64,000 bases of DNA from Octopus vulgaris. Its lineage: Eukaryota. The DNA is taken from the NCBI GenBank assembly GCA_951406725.2, contig OX597814.1, positions 45,942,001 through 46,006,000 of the forward strand. The letters run 5' to 3'. Shown in pieces: positions 61,950 to 64,000 of this stretch; the stretch's first letter is position 1; the number at the start of each line of letters is the position of its first letter. Made by a program: the position numbers and the translations under genes. The notes under the pieces are model-generated. The model saw only the letters and a program-made list of their open reading frames with translations, was not told the DNA's origin and ran no database searches.

Positions 61950-62480
61950 CGCTGTACAATGCGTCAGGTTTCGAAGTGATCACAATGCAACGTGAAAAGC
62001 GACAAAACCATCTCGTTTCAGGCTGTCCTATGCTAACACCAAACGATGGAGTAAGACAGTATATTCACTCGGAAATAAGTGAGCACTACCAAATCGACAC
62101 TCTTTCTGACTAGTATAAACACCATCCTAAACCAGTGGTCGAAGGTATAATGTTCACCAAGCTCTGGGGTTTTTGGTCAGCACTGCCAAAAGAATCGAGG
62201 TTTAATGACTAGAGATAATTATCAAAGACAAGAAATAGACGTGTTTCCCCCGATCAAAATATATTTGTAAAGGTTTTGACATGCTTAGTACATAAAAGGA
62301 CCTGAAAGCTGAAATATAAAAGACGTGGTATCTTAAAGCAAAAACTGTTCCTGTTATCGCAGGTGCCATAGGCAAGAAAAATAAAGGGATATCAGAAACA
62401 TCTAGAAAACACTCCAGGAGAACCATATCTTAATGGAATCCCTGATATTGTGCTGTCAAGTAGAGTCCACCTGTCAACAC
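61950..62480 (+). mobile_element. Decayed R4/Dong-type (RLE endonuclease) LINE 3' fragment
   Basis: NHLVSGCPML..YIHSEISEHYQI..YKHHPKPVVE and TWYLKAKTVPVIAGAIG resemble the zinc knuckle and RLE C-terminus. Confidence 0.7.
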
Positions 62481-62687
62481 AATCTAATTTAGTAACCCCG
62501 CCTGAATTTTTAAGGGAAGGCGGTCAATCGATTACACAGACCTTAGTCCCTAGCTAGTATTCTAATCATTCCAGCCCTGATGTCTTGGCATTTATATCTA
62601 ATGTTCAGCGAAGACATGAGTATATTTTTCCTTTAACAATGTCTTGTTTTCCTGCTACATGTATGTATGTATTTATGTATGTATATA

Positions 62688-62779
<92 letters not shown>
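62688..62779. repeat. (TATC)n microsatellite
   Basis: Direct reading. Confidence 0.95.
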
Positions 62780-63154
62780 ATGTATGTGTGTATGTATGTA
62801 TGTATTCTACTTGTATTTATTGGTGTCTGTCTGATATTGTTAATTAAATTCGTTTAAAACTGAGTGATTTATTGATATCTGCCTGGATCTTTTTAATCCC
62901 TGTTTTCTTTATGATAAACACACACAGAGAGGATATATATATATATATAGTAGAATTAGAAATAGAAAGTCCTTGGTACAGTATTATGTTTTGGGAAAAA
63001 TGGATAAGAATTGCTTATTTGATCATTTTTTCCAATAGTGATCTATAAATATATCACTATTAAAATGGAAACATTATCAAAACACAGTTCTAGTATATAT
63101 ATATATATATTCAGATAAATAGACATACTGACAGACCAACAGACAGACAGACAA

Positions 63155-63277
<123 letters not shown>

Positions 63278-64000
63278 TGTAGCTGAAAATTTTTATATAA
63301 TATTCATAATAATAATACTTTCTTCTATAAGCACAAGGCCGGAAAATTGAATTGCAGGAGAGCTTAGCTGATATTCGTTTTATGGGCTCCGCTAGATGAA
63401 AGAGAAAATCAGCATGATGGAATTTGAACTAGGAACTTAAAATCGGAAAAAAAAACTTCCGCTAATTATTTTGTCTGGCGCAGTAACGATCCCGTTCGCT
63501 CACCGTTTTAAATATAATTCGTTCTAATTTTAACAAAAATCAAGCAATTTTAAGGGGCAGGGATTAGTGGATTGCATCGACTCCTGTGCTTAACTGTTAC
63601 TTCTTTTATCGACCCCGAAAGGAGATATATCAAAGAAGATATAGGCTGCAATTGAACTCAGAACGTTATCTGCCGGCATATTTGCTTCTAAGCCTTTCGT
63701 GTCGTTTTGCAACTGCTCTGCGAGATCACTGCTCTCATGATGAAAGTAACAACAGTAATAAATATGATGTACATTAAAAAATTGGTTATTTAATTGATCA
63801 CGTTATTTGAACTTTATATAGTACAAGTTGCGAGTAAATGAAAAAACTTGGTTTTAATCGTCATTTGTTGACTTTTCAGTTGCTGGTGATGTTACTAATT
63901 ACTTTAAAATGTAATTATATTTAATCTTGTCATCCTCAGAATAATTAGGTCAACACCTAATTATTTTATGGAATTACTTTAAAAGATACGTTTGACGGGA

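Overview
AT-rich, intron- and repeat-rich animal DNA, most likely a cephalopod mollusc (Octopus-like; inferred from repeat types and composition, not from a search). It holds two divergently oriented, partial protein-coding genes. (1) Minus strand: a KMT2E/MLL5 (UpSET/SETD5 family) PHD + pseudo-SET chromatin gene. I traced 23 GT-AG coding exons from ATG 27469 down to 5741 (4524 nt, 1508 codons, phases consistent); the 3' end most likely lies left of the window. (2) Plus strand: the first coding exon (51632-52417) of CADPS/CAPS/unc-31. The rest is decayed LINEs (RTE, RTE-X-like, CR1/Jockey-group, R4/Dong), tRNA-derived SINEs, piggyBac- and hAT-type MITEs and long microsatellites. Most notable is a ~500-bp TSD-flanked fold-back element in a KMT2E intron, with two head-to-head units each made of a tRNA-like Pol III head plus a Penelope-type minimal hammerhead ribozyme motif. 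Also notable: an in-frame 66-nt cassette exon after the PHD finger (absent from the ORF track), a uORF whose stop overlaps the KMT2E ATG, tandem donors next to the HCF-1 motif, and a probable bidirectional KMT2E/CADPS promoter.
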